From contig JBGPFC010000005.1 in assembly GCA_041483195.1 (NCBI GenBank), positions 1-64,000 on the forward strand: 64,000 bases of DNA, in the 5' to 3' direction. The notes beneath the pieces were generated by a model that saw only the letters and a program-made list of their open reading frames with translations, searched no databases and had not been told where the DNA came from. The stretch is from Candidatus Eiseniibacteriota bacterium (GTDB lineage Bacteria; Eisenbacteria; RBG-16-71-46). Position 1 is the stretch's first letter, and every line of letters begins with the position of its first letter. This document shows positions 36,346 through 45,375 of the stretch, piece by piece. The translations under genes were made by a program, and so were the position numbers.

Positions 36346-36912
36346 CTACTCGCGCCGGGCCCACAGCCGCTTCCAGATCACGGTGCCCTGTCCGGGCGTG
36401 ACGTACTCGAGCAGCATCGATCCACCGATGTGCCCGTCATCGAAGGTCGCGAAGACAAAGGGCCGATCGAGCAGCGTGATGCCCTCGCGATCGTAGAACC
36501 CCATCCTGCCGCCCAGCACGCCGGGGAAGGGGATAAGCTCCGGGTGCGCGACCAGACTGTCCCTCAGCTGATTCGCCGGATCGACCAGCCCCGCTCTGCG
36601 CAGGTCCAGCTCATCCGAGGGCTCGAACATGGTGCGTTTGGCCAGCCACGTGTGCCGGATCGCCTGTTGCCAGCGCCTCGACTGGAGCTGCGCCACGGTC
36701 GCGGTCCAGACCCAGTACAGCGAGTCCCGGGTGCCAAGCTCGTCGGGAGGGCGTGGGAAGGTCACCGTGCTTCCCAGAGAATCGAGGACCACGGAGGTCC
36801 AGTGTCGGATAGAACGAACTCTCTGCTCTGCACGTTGCCACTGAATCCCGAAAAAGGCGCACAGCAGAAGGCTGATCGCCACGAGGACGCCGGGCGGACC
36901 CAATCTCTGCAT
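36346..36912 (-). CDS. Hypothetical membrane-anchored protein
   Basis: N-terminal TM helix, HPELIPFPGVLGGRMGF..FDDGHIGG motif, somewhat lower GC. Confidence 0.55.
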   Translation of the reverse strand: MQRLGPPGVLVAISLLLCAFFGIQWQRAEQRVRSIRHWTSVVLDSLGSTVTFPRPPDELGTRDSLYWVWTATVAQLQSRRWQQAIRHTWLAKRTMFEPSDELDLRRAGLVDPANQLRDSLVAHPELIPFPGVLGGRMGFYDREGITLLDRPFVFATFDDGHIGGSMLLEYVTPGQGTVIWKRLWARRE

Positions 36913-37022
36913 GCTGTGTGTCCTTGAATCCGAGTCCACGCGCCGACCCTCCGCTACGGGCTGAGCCACTCCGACCCGCATCGGGAATCGTTATCGGCAT
37001 CTGGAATGGAATTCGTGAGGGA

Positions 37023-37757
37023 TCACCGCGCGCGATAGATCGCCTTGAGGCCGCCCCAGCTGGCGCGACTCGCGGCGGTGGCCGGGTCGGCCGCGACGCA
37101 CAGCACGTGCGGATCGGGAGCGGCGAGCGCGACGAAGCTGGTGCCGAGCCCCTCGGTGGGAACCAGGTATTGCTGGCCGCCCGGAGCGAACGTGATGAGC
37201 GCGACCTCGAGCGCCTTCACGCACGCGCCCGGGGCGCCGCCGCGCTGAAAGCGGAGGCTGGCGGACACACTCGCGTGGGCGGGAAGCGCGTCGGTGTCCA
37301 GCCGCAGGACGTGCGCGGACATGCCGGCGTCGGTCACGATCGGGCCGAACGACGGCGGGAGGGCGAACGCGAGCGCCGGCGCGACCACGATCTGCCCAGA
37401 CGCCGGAACCGAAGCCGCGCTCCAGGTCGCACTCGTGAGCGTCCAGCCGTCTGGCCATTCGGCGACGATGCACTCGCCGCATCGGGTCACGATCGTGTAC
37501 ACCCCGTGGTGCGTGAACCCGCACAGCACCAGACCGGTCGCGAGGCACTCCGAGCCAAAGTCCACGCAGCCCCGATCGGTCGCGATCGTGACCTGAGAGT
37601 CCACCACGATCTGTTCGACGACGAACGTGAATTGAGCCGTACACGTCCCGTCACCCGGGCACAGCTGCGAGAAGCCCGGCGGCAGGCAGCCGCCCAGGAC
37701 CCATGGTGCGCAGAGCAGGGCGAGCGGAGCGAGATGGGCGAGCGAGGCGCGTCGCAT
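37023..37757 (-). CDS. Secreted/lipoprotein-like protein with C-terminal SWGGLKAIYR motif
   Basis: Signal/lipobox-like VLGGC, Cys-rich body, ending ATAASRASWGGLKAIYRAR. Confidence 0.6.
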   Translation of the reverse strand: MRRASLAHLAPLALLCAPWVLGGCLPPGFSQLCPGDGTCTAQFTFVVEQIVVDSQVTIATDRGCVDFGSECLATGLVLCGFTHHGVYTIVTRCGECIVAEWPDGWTLTSATWSAASVPASGQIVVAPALAFALPPSFGPIVTDAGMSAHVLRLDTDALPAHASVSASLRFQRGGAPGACVKALEVALITFAPGGQQYLVPTEGLGTSFVALAAPDPHVLCVAADPATAASRASWGGLKAIYRAR

Positions 37758-37816
37758 GGCGATCATGTTCTCACAGACGCGGCCTCGCGCCGCCGAGCCG
37801 TGGCGCGGGCGCATTC

Positions 37817-37845
37817 TTGACATCGCATCGCGCCTCCGGCTTAAT
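37817..37845 (+). promoter_or_regulatory. Promoter for tRNA-Val/thrS
   Basis: TTGACA-17 nt-CTTAAT, 12 nt before the tRNA. Confidence 0.65.
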
Positions 37846-37857
37846 CGTCCGCTCCGC

Positions 37858-37933
37858 GGGCGATTAGCTCAGTTGGTAGAGCACTTGCTCGACAAGCAAG
37901 GGGTCACTGGTTCAAGTCCAGTATCGCCCACCA
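37858..37933 (+). tRNA. tRNA-Val(GAC)
   Basis: GGGCGAT/ATCGCCC acceptor stem, CTTGC/GCAAG anticodon stem with GAC at 37891-37893, TTCAAGT T loop, CCA end. Confidence 0.95.
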
Positions 37934-37998
37934 TTGTTCACGCCGCGCGCCGGCCGCAGCCCGCGTCCCGCGGCCCGCTGAGGACTACCGCCGTGTCG

Positions 37999-39771
37999 AT
38001 GACCACCATCCCCGAGGATCGGCCCGAGGTCGCCCGCTATCCCGGGGGCGAGGCGCTCTACCGCCTGCGCCATTCGGCGGCGCACGTGCTCGCGACCGCG
38101 GTGGTCGAGCTGTTCCCCGACGTGAAGGTGGCGGGCGGGCCGCCCATCGAGAACGGGTTCTACTACGACTTCGCCCGCGAGCAGCCCTTCACCCCCGAGG
38201 ACCTCGAGAAGATCGAGGCGCGCATGCGCGAGATCGTGGCCGCGAACCAGCGCTTCGAATACAGCGAGACCGACAAGGCGGAAGCGCGGGCTCGCTTCGA
38301 GGCGGCGGGGGAGAAGTACAAGCTCCACTTCCTGTCCGTGATTCCCGATGGCGCGAAGGTCACCTACTACAGGAACGGCCCGTTCCTCGACCTCTGCCGC
38401 GGCCCGCACCTGGCGGGCACCGGCGAGCTGAAGGCGTTCAAGCTCACCCACGTCGCGGGCGCCTACTGGCTGGGGCAGGAACGCAACGAGATGCTCCAGC
38501 GCATCTACGGCACCGCCTTCCCATCGCAGGCCGACCTCGACGAGCACCTGAAGCGCGTCGAGGAATCGCTCAAGCGCGACCATCGCAAGCTGGGGCGCGA
38601 GCTCGACCTGTACTCGATCCACGAGGAAGTCGGCGGCGGCCTCATCTTCTGGCATCCGAAGCTGGGGATGGTGCGCCATCTGATGGAGAAGCTGTGGAAG
38701 GACGAGCACCTCCGGCGCGGCTATCAGCTGGTCTACACCCCGCACATCGCGAACGAGAAGCTGTTCGAGATCTCCGGGCACCTCCAGAACTACGCGGACC
38801 TCATGTATTCCGCGATGGATATCGACGGCCAGCCGTATCGCATGAAGCCGATGAACTGCCCCGGACACATCATGATCTACAACAGCCGCAAGCATTCCTA
38901 TCGCGATCTGCCGCTGCGCTTCGCGGAGCTCGGCACCGTTTACCGCTACGAGCGCTCTGGCGTGCTCCATGGCATGGAACGCGTGCGCGGCTTCACCCAG
39001 GACGACTCCCACATCTTCTGCACCCCGGATCAGCTGGCCGGCGAGGTCGAGGGCATCCTCGACCTGATGGACTACCTGCTGCGCACCTTCGGATACGAGT
39101 ACAGCTGCTACCTCGCGACCCGGCCGAAGGAGAAGACCATCGGCAGCGACGAGGAGTGGGCGTTCGCGACCGACGCGCTGCGCAACGCGCTCGAGCATCG
39201 CGGCCTGCCCTACGAGGTCGACGAAGGCGGCGGCGCGTTCTACGCGCCCAAGATCGACGTCAAGCTGCGCGACGCGCTGGGCCGCGAGTGGCAGTGCCCG
39301 ACCATCCAGGTGGATCTCACCCTGCCGAAGCGCTTCGGCGTCCATTACACCGGACCCGACGGACAGGACCACGAGGTCATCATGCTGCACCGCGCGCTCT
39401 ACGGCTCGCTCGAGCGCTTCGCCGGGATCTACATCGAGCACACCGGCGCAGAGTTTCCAGTGTGGATCGCGCCAGTGCAGGTGAAGGTCATCCCCGCGAA
39501 CCCGAAGGCGCTCGACTACGCCGTCGACACGGCGCGGCTGTTGAGGGAAGGCGGCGTGCGCGCCGAGGTGGACCTGCGCGACGAGAAGATGGGCGCCAAG
39601 ATCCGCGACGCCGAGCTCGAGAAGGTGCCATACATGCTGATCGTGGGACCGCGCGAGGCCGAGGCCGGCACCGTTTCGCCGCGCCGCAAGGGCGTGGGCC
39701 AGCTCGAGGCCGTCACCCGCCAGGCGTTCCTCGAGCGCGTGCAGCGGGAGTCGCGCGAGCGCAGCGGGTAG
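37999..39771 (+). CDS. thrS: Threonine--tRNA ligase (lacking the N-terminal TGS domain)
   Basis: RHSAAH, DLCRGPH, RIYGTAF, RDHRKLG, KPMNCPGH, RGFTQDD and HRALYGSLERF motifs. Confidence 0.97.
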   Translation: MTTIPEDRPEVARYPGGEALYRLRHSAAHVLATAVVELFPDVKVAGGPPIENGFYYDFAREQPFTPEDLEKIEARMREIVAANQRFEYSETDKAEARARFEAAGEKYKLHFLSVIPDGAKVTYYRNGPFLDLCRGPHLAGTGELKAFKLTHVAGAYWLGQERNEMLQRIYGTAFPSQADLDEHLKRVEESLKRDHRKLGRELDLYSIHEEVGGGLIFWHPKLGMVRHLMEKLWKDEHLRRGYQLVYTPHIANEKLFEISGHLQNYADLMYSAMDIDGQPYRMKPMNCPGHIMIYNSRKHSYRDLPLRFAELGTVYRYERSGVLHGMERVRGFTQDDSHIFCTPDQLAGEVEGILDLMDYLLRTFGYEYSCYLATRPKEKTIGSDEEWAFATDALRNALEHRGLPYEVDEGGGAFYAPKIDVKLRDALGREWQCPTIQVDLTLPKRFGVHYTGPDGQDHEVIMLHRALYGSLERFAGIYIEHTGAEFPVWIAPVQVKVIPANPKALDYAVDTARLLREGGVRAEVDLRDEKMGAKIRDAELEKVPYMLIVGPREAEAGTVSPRRKGVGQLEAVTRQAFLERVQRESRERSG

Positions 39772-39860
39772 CGCCGGGGAAGCGGCACGGGCGCATCCGG
39801 CGGCGCGGAGCCGCGATCGCTTCGTGTCCAGACGCTCGCCCGCTCGAGCTCAGCGCGGCT

Positions 39861-40535
39861 TCACTTCCCTCCGAAATGAAACCCGAAGCCCCCCGCCGCC
39901 TCGAAGCTGCTCGGCCACCACGTCACCTTCGCTCCCTTGTCCTTCGCCGTCGCGTAGCCCCACACGTTTCCAACCTGTCCGGCCAGACTCACCGCCGGCG
40001 AGATCATGATGAAGCCGCCGATTCTAGCCGAAACCCCGAGCCGGGTGGTGGTCGGACCGGTCACGTTCGAACTGGGCGGCGTCGTCCCGAACACGTTCTC
40101 GTACTTCGCATGCCCCGCCCAGTACTCGACGCCCGGTCCCGCGAACACCACGAGACGCTCGCCCACCCGGCCCACCCGGTCGCCTCCGACTCTCAGCTTG
40201 AACCCGGTCGATGAGTACTTGTGGTCGGGGCTGTTCGCCGGCGGGTTGTTTCCCGCGACATCCTTCTCGCTGAAGAATCCGGCCGCCGCCGACAAGCTCA
40301 ACGCGTAGTCGTCCCGGAGCAGGTACCAGTACTGTCCCCCCAGCTCGATCTGGGAGCTGGGATCTCCGGTATCGACGGTCGAATAGTTCGCAGCACCGAC
40401 CACCGGATTCGCGAGGTCCGCCTGTCCCTGCCCGATCTGGATCGCGAATACGGATGAGCCGCGGCCCATGCCGAACGCGTCGAAGCCGCCCACGAGCATC
40501 GCGAGCACGGACACCACGATTGCTTTGCTCAGCAT
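39861..40535 (-). CDS. Outer-membrane beta-barrel protein
   Basis: AAGGAGG RBS, signal peptide, amphipathic strands, C-terminal GFGFHF. Confidence 0.65.
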   Translation of the reverse strand: MLSKAIVVSVLAMLVGGFDAFGMGRGSSVFAIQIGQGQADLANPVVGAANYSTVDTGDPSSQIELGGQYWYLLRDDYALSLSAAAGFFSEKDVAGNNPPANSPDHKYSSTGFKLRVGGDRVGRVGERLVVFAGPGVEYWAGHAKYENVFGTTPPSSNVTGPTTTRLGVSARIGGFIMISPAVSLAGQVGNVWGYATAKDKGAKVTWWPSSFEAAGGFGFHFGGK

Positions 40536-40665
40536 GTCAGCCTCCTTAGGGAAAGAGGGTCAACCACGCCCGATGACGCGAGGACCGCGGCAGGCTATGA
40601 GTGGGGTGGGGGAGTGTCAAACGCGTGGGAAGCTCCCGCCGCGACGCCCTGCACCCGATGCCGGC

Positions 40666-40694
40666 TTGCAATGCGGCGGCCCCGCCCGTAGACT
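40666..40694 (+). promoter_or_regulatory. Promoter of the infC-rpmI-rplT operon
   Basis: TTGCAA-17 nt-TAGACT just upstream of the leader. Confidence 0.6.
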
Positions 40695-40708
40695 GCCCGT
40701 CTATCGTC

Positions 40709-40859
40709 AAGCAGAAGCCCCGCGCTTCTCACCCGCTGCGGGCCCGTGCGGCCTCGCGTCAGGGTTCTCGGTTCCGGCTCGCGGCTGCATCACGAGTGGA
40801 GCGAATGGCGGCAACGCCGGGCGGGGTCTTTTGTTTGGAGACCCCGCCCGGCGTTTTTT
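40709..40859 (+). ncRNA. Ribosomal protein L20 leader-like cis-regulatory RNA with intrinsic terminator
   Basis: AGAAGC..GCTTCTCACC 5' motif as in the Bacillus-type L20 leader. Long hairpin AACGCCGGGCGGGGTCT/AGACCCCGCCCGGCGTT plus T-tract (40813-40859) before infC. Confidence 0.75.
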
Positions 40860-40916
40860 CGCGCGCGCGACGCGCGCGCCGGGTATGCCGAGACCATTCA
40901 CGCGGAGGTGACGACC

Positions 40917-41543
40917 ATTTCCCTGCCGAAGGTACCCGAAGTCCGTGTCAACGAGCGCATCCGTGTTCCCCAGGTCCGCGTCATTGGTGACGACGGCTCG
41001 CAGGTTGGCGTACTTCCGGTGCGCGAAGCGCTCACGCTCGCACAGTCCAGGGGCCTCGATCTGGTCGAGGTGTCGCCCACCGCGCGGCCGCCGGTATGCC
41101 GCATCATGGACTACGGAAAATTCAAGTACGAGCAGAACCGCCGGGCGCGCAAGGCCAAGAAGAAGCAGCACCACATGCAGCTCAAGGAAATCAAGATGCG
41201 GCCCAAGATCGAGGAGCACGACTACACATTCAAGATCCAGCACGCCCGCGAGTTCCTCGAGCAGCGCGACAAGGTCAAGGTCACGGTCACGTTTCGCGGG
41301 CGGGAGATCGCCCATCAGGACATCGGCCACCGTCTGATTCAGAAAGTCATCGCGGCGCTGCTCGACGTGGCATCGGTGGAATCTCCGCCGCGCTCCGAAG
41401 GCCGTACGCTGACCGCGGTGCTGATGCCGAAGCCGCCCAAGACCGGCGGCAAGAGCGAGAGCAAGGACCACGATGGGGCGGTCGCCATACGGCCCCGCAC
41501 CGAAAGCACCGGCCCGCGCGCGGAGACCGGCAGCAGGGAGTGA
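40917..41543 (+). CDS. infC: Translation initiation factor IF-3 (ATT start)
   Basis: RVNERI, DLVEVSP, PPVCRIMDYGKFKY, KEIKMRP and FRGRE motifs. GGAGGTG lies 6 nt before the in-frame ATT. Confidence 0.93.
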   Translation: MSLPKVPEVRVNERIRVPQVRVIGDDGSQVGVLPVREALTLAQSRGLDLVEVSPTARPPVCRIMDYGKFKYEQNRRARKAKKKQHHMQLKEIKMRPKIEEHDYTFKIQHAREFLEQRDKVKVTVTFRGREIAHQDIGHRLIQKVIAALLDVASVESPPRSEGRTLTAVLMPKPPKTGGKSESKDHDGAVAIRPRTESTGPRAETGSRE

Positions 41544-41549
41544 CGATCG

Positions 41550-41747
41550 ATGCCCAAGATGAAAACCAATCGAGCCGCCGCGAAGCGATTCAAGCTGACC
41601 GGCACCGGCAAAGCGGTACGCGCCAAGGCCAACCTGCGGCACGGCATGATCGGCAAGCGCCGCTCACGCAAGCGTCGCCTGGGCGGCACGGAGGTCGTGG
41701 CGGGAGTGGATCAGGCCCGCGTGCAGCGCATGCTCGGCAGACGCTAG
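41550..41747 (+). CDS. rpmI: 50S ribosomal protein L35
   Basis: [21 protein letters not shown]. Confidence 0.97.
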   Translation: MPKMKTNRAAAKRFKLTGTGKAVRAKANLRHGMIGKRRSRKRRLGGTEVVAGVDQARVQRMLGRR

Positions 41748-41819
41748 GCCAACCCACTCGCATTTCATTTTCCGGCGGCGCTCGCATGCGCATCGCGCCG
41801 GTTGAGGAGGACTCGTAGC

Positions 41820-42176
41820 ATGCCACGCGCAAAAACCGTCGTTCCGGGCCGCGCCCGGCGGCGCAAGGTACTCAAGGCCGCGAAGGGCAATTACAGCGGC
41901 CGACGGAAGCTCTACAAGACCGCGCTCCAGACCGTGCAGCGTGCCGGGCAGTTCGCATTCGAGCACCGCCGCCTGCGCAAGCGCGATTTCCGCCGCCTGT
42001 GGATCACCCGCATCAACGCGGCGGCCCGCATCAACGGGCTCTCATACAGCACGCTCATCTCGGGCCTCAAGCGCGCCAACATCGACGTGAACCGGAAGCT
42101 GCTCGCCGATCTCGCGGTACGCGATGCCGCGGCGTTCGCGAAGCTCGCGGAGGCGGCGAAGTCGGCAGTCGTGTAA
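41820..42176 (+). CDS. rplT: 50S ribosomal protein L20
   Basis: [31 protein letters not shown]. Confidence 0.97.
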   Translation: MPRAKTVVPGRARRRKVLKAAKGNYSGRRKLYKTALQTVQRAGQFAFEHRRLRKRDFRRLWITRINAAARINGLSYSTLISGLKRANIDVNRKLLADLAVRDAAAFAKLAEAAKSAVV

Positions 42177-43324
42177 TGCCGGAATCCCGCGCCCGCCTCG
42201 ACGGGCCAGACCCCGCGTGGAGCAAGGGCGATCCGACGCCACTCGTTCCCGGGTGGCGCGGCGTGGTGGGCGAGATCGAAGCGCTCGACCCCGACGTCGC
42301 GCGGGCGACGTCCGAATACGCGGAGGCGCTGGCCGGCGCCTCGGGCGCCGAGGCGCTCACCGCCGCGCACACCGCGGCGCTGGGGCGCGAGCGCGGCGCA
42401 CTCACCGCTGCGCTCGGCGAGCTGCCGAAGCTCTCGATCGACCGCCGCAAGACCCGCGGCCGCGCGCTCAATCTCGCGAAGCGCCTGCTCACCGAGATCG
42501 AGGCCAACCGGCGCCTCGCGCTGGAGCGCGAGGCCGACGTCAGGGGCGCGATCGACATCACGCTTCCGGGGCGCAAGCCTTGGGTGGGCCGCCGCCACGT
42601 CCTCGCGCGCATCCGCGACGAGATGCTCGACCTGTTCCACGGGCTGGGCTATTCCGTCTACCAGAGCCCCGAGGTCGAGAGCGACGAATACAACTTCGCC
42701 AAGCTCAACTTCCCACCTGACCATCCGGCGCGCGATGCGCACGACACCTACTTCGTGAGCGACGAGGTGGTGCTCCGCACCCACACCTCGCCGGGCTGGG
42801 TGCGCGCGATGGAGGAACGCAAGCCTCCGCTCCGGCTCGTCTTTCCGGGGCGCGTGTATCGCGCCGAGCAGGTGGACGCGAGCCACATGGACCAGTTTCA
42901 CCAGGTGGATGGATTGTTCGTCGACCGCGACGTCTCGATGGCGGACCTCAAGGCCACGCTCAACACGTTCGCGCGCTCGATCTTCGGCAGCCAGGTCCGC
43001 ACCCGGCTGATCCCCATCTACTTTCCGTTCGTGGAGCCCGGCTGCCAGCTCGACGTCGCCTGCGCGATTTGCGACGGCACGGGTCGCATCCGCGAGGGCG
43101 GCGCGGAGCGCCGCTGCGCGGTGTGCAAGGGCTCGGGATGGATCGAGCTGCTGGGGGCGGGGATGGTGCACCCCAACGTGTTTCGCGCGGTGGGCTACGA
43201 CCCCGAGGAGGTCACGGGCTTCGCGTTCGGCATGGGGCTCGAGCGCATCGCGATGATGCGCTACGGGATTCCCGAGATCCGGCTGTTCCTCGAAAACGAC
43301 GTGAGGTTCCTCGAGCAGTTCTGA
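42176..43324 (+). CDS. pheS: Phenylalanine--tRNA ligase alpha subunit
   Basis: HPARDAHDTY, LRTHTSP, FHQVDG, YFPFVEP and GFAFGMGLER; CxxC..CxxC insert; TAATG coupling to rplT. Confidence 0.95.
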   Translation: MPESRARLDGPDPAWSKGDPTPLVPGWRGVVGEIEALDPDVARATSEYAEALAGASGAEALTAAHTAALGRERGALTAALGELPKLSIDRRKTRGRALNLAKRLLTEIEANRRLALEREADVRGAIDITLPGRKPWVGRRHVLARIRDEMLDLFHGLGYSVYQSPEVESDEYNFAKLNFPPDHPARDAHDTYFVSDEVVLRTHTSPGWVRAMEERKPPLRLVFPGRVYRAEQVDASHMDQFHQVDGLFVDRDVSMADLKATLNTFARSIFGSQVRTRLIPIYFPFVEPGCQLDVACAICDGTGRIREGGAERRCAVCKGSGWIELLGAGMVHPNVFRAVGYDPEEVTGFAFGMGLERIAMMRYGIPEIRLFLENDVRFLEQF

Positions 43325-43391
43325 GGCCGCCTGGCGCGGCCGCCCCCGGCGTGACGCACGCCGCACCCCTCACCGCATTCCGGAGCCGCTC

Positions 43392-45221
43392 ATGAAGAAG
43401 CTGCTGCTGCGCACGCTCGCGGTGCTGGCGATCGCCGCCGCCGTGTTCGTCGTTCCCACCGTGTGGCTCAAGCCCTGGTCGATCGACCACTACTACGCGC
43501 GCGTGTTCATCCGCTATGCGCTCCGCCATCCGGAGCTGCTGTCGCAGCTCGGCATCCTGGACGGCACGCCGTTCGACGGGTACGCGAGCCGGCTCGACGA
43601 CCGGTCGCCAGACTTCGAGCGCCGCGAGTCGCGGCAGGTGGCGGACGAGCTGCGCACGCTTCACAGCTACGATCGCGCCGGCATGTCCGAGAGCGCGCGA
43701 CTCTCGGCCGACGTGCTCGAATGGTTCCTCGACGATCAGGTGCGCGAGAGCGCCTTCCAGTTCTACGACTACCCGGTGAACCAGCTGTTCGGCGTACAGA
43801 GCGGGCTGCCCGAGTTCATGATGTCGGTGCACGCGCTCAGGCGTCCGCGCGACGCTGAGCACTACGTCGCGCGCCTCTCGCGCTTCGGCGAAGCGATGGA
43901 CCAGACCATCCAGGGTCTCGAGCTGCGGCGGGGGATGGGCATCGTGCCGCCGCGCTTCGTGCTCGAGCGGGTGCTGAAGGAGATGCGCGACTTCGCGTCC
44001 GGGCCGGCGGCCGCGAACCCGCTGGTCGTCACGTTCGCGGCGCGCATCGACAGCATCCGCGGACTCGGAGCGGCCGAAAAGCAGGCGCTGATCTCCCGCG
44101 CCACGCACGAGGTGGAGGGCACGGTGTTCCCGGCGTACGCGCGGCTCATCGCGTGTTGCGCGAGCCTCGAGACGGTCTCAACCACCGACGACGGCGTGTG
44201 GAAATTTCCGCGGGGCGACCGCTACTACGACCAGTGCCTGCGTGCCCGCACCACGACCGATCTGCCCGCCGACACCATTCACGCGATGGGGCTGCGCGAG
44301 CTGGATCGCATCCAGTCGGAGATGCGCGGCATCCTGCGCGCGCACGGGATCCAGGCCGGCGATCTCGGGGCCGCGATGCAGAAGCTGGCGAAGGAGCCGC
44401 GCTTTCACTACCCGCCCGGCGATTCCGGACGGGCGCTGCTGCTCGCGGAATACCAGCGCATCATCGACGATGCGGATCACCGGGTCGGCGCGCTCTTCGA
44501 CCTGCGGCCCCACACCGGCGTCAAGGTCCAGCGCGTCCCAGCGTTCCGCGAGGCGACCGCGCCCGCCGCGTACTACAACTCGGCGAGCCTCAGCGGCTCG
44601 CGCCCCGGCATCTTCTTCGTGAACCTGCGCGACCCGGCCGCGACGCGCCGGATGGAGATGCGCACGCTCGCCTACCACGAGGCGATCCCCGGCCACCACT
44701 TCCAGCTCACGATCGCGCAGGAGCTGAAGGGGCTCCCGTTCTTCCGGAAGATCATCCCGTTCACGGCCTACGTCGAAGGCTGGGGGCTCTACGCCGAGCA
44801 TCTCGCCTACGAGAACGGCTTCCAGCGCGACGCCTACGATTCTCTCGGCGCGCTGCAGGCCGAGCTGTTCCGCGCCGTGCGGCTGGTGGTGGACACCGGC
44901 ATTCACAGGGAGCGCTGGAGCCGGCAGCAGGCGATCGACTTCATGGTGCGCAACACCGGCATGGACACCAGCGAGGTCGTGAGCGAGGTCGAGCGCTACA
45001 TCGTGAACCCGGGGCAGGCGTGCGCATACAAGGTCGGCGAGCTGGAGCTGCTCGAGCTCAGGCAGCGCGCTAAGGACGCGCTCGGATCGCGCTTCGACAT
45101 CCGCAAGTTCCACGACGTCGTGCTCGGCAACGGCGCGTTGCCGCTGTCGATCCTCTCGCGCCAGGTGGACGAGTGGATCGCGGCCGAGAAGCGATCGGCC
45201 GCGCAATCGAGCAAGGGCTAG
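43392..45221 (+). CDS. DUF885-family protein (putative metallopeptidase)
   Basis: N-terminal TM helix, YHEAIPGHHFQ, AYVEGWGLYAE, RLVVDTGIH, EVERYI..PGQACAYKVG and FDIRKFHD. Confidence 0.9.
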   Translation: MKKLLLRTLAVLAIAAAVFVVPTVWLKPWSIDHYYARVFIRYALRHPELLSQLGILDGTPFDGYASRLDDRSPDFERRESRQVADELRTLHSYDRAGMSESARLSADVLEWFLDDQVRESAFQFYDYPVNQLFGVQSGLPEFMMSVHALRRPRDAEHYVARLSRFGEAMDQTIQGLELRRGMGIVPPRFVLERVLKEMRDFASGPAAANPLVVTFAARIDSIRGLGAAEKQALISRATHEVEGTVFPAYARLIACCASLETVSTTDDGVWKFPRGDRYYDQCLRARTTTDLPADTIHAMGLRELDRIQSEMRGILRAHGIQAGDLGAAMQKLAKEPRFHYPPGDSGRALLLAEYQRIIDDADHRVGALFDLRPHTGVKVQRVPAFREATAPAAYYNSASLSGSRPGIFFVNLRDPAATRRMEMRTLAYHEAIPGHHFQLTIAQELKGLPFFRKIIPFTAYVEGWGLYAEHLAYENGFQRDAYDSLGALQAELFRAVRLVVDTGIHRERWSRQQAIDFMVRNTGMDTSEVVSEVERYIVNPGQACAYKVGELELLELRQRAKDALGSRFDIRKFHDVVLGNGALPLSILSRQVDEWIAAEKRSAAQSSKG

Positions 45222-45375
45222 GCATGGCACCGCCCCGCGACCGCACGCCGGCGCGCGGAGGCGCCAGCCGCGCCGCGCCCGGCCTTCTGTTCCCGCCGCG
45301 CAGTTGCTACATTCCGAGATTCGCGTCGAACCCGCCGCGGGTTCCGGCGCCGAACCCGAGGCCCGAGGATTCCCC

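Noticed and set aside
37756..37998. N-terminal extension of the thrS ORF in the track
   Set aside because: It runs through the promoter and tRNA-Val; the true start is placed at ATG 37999.
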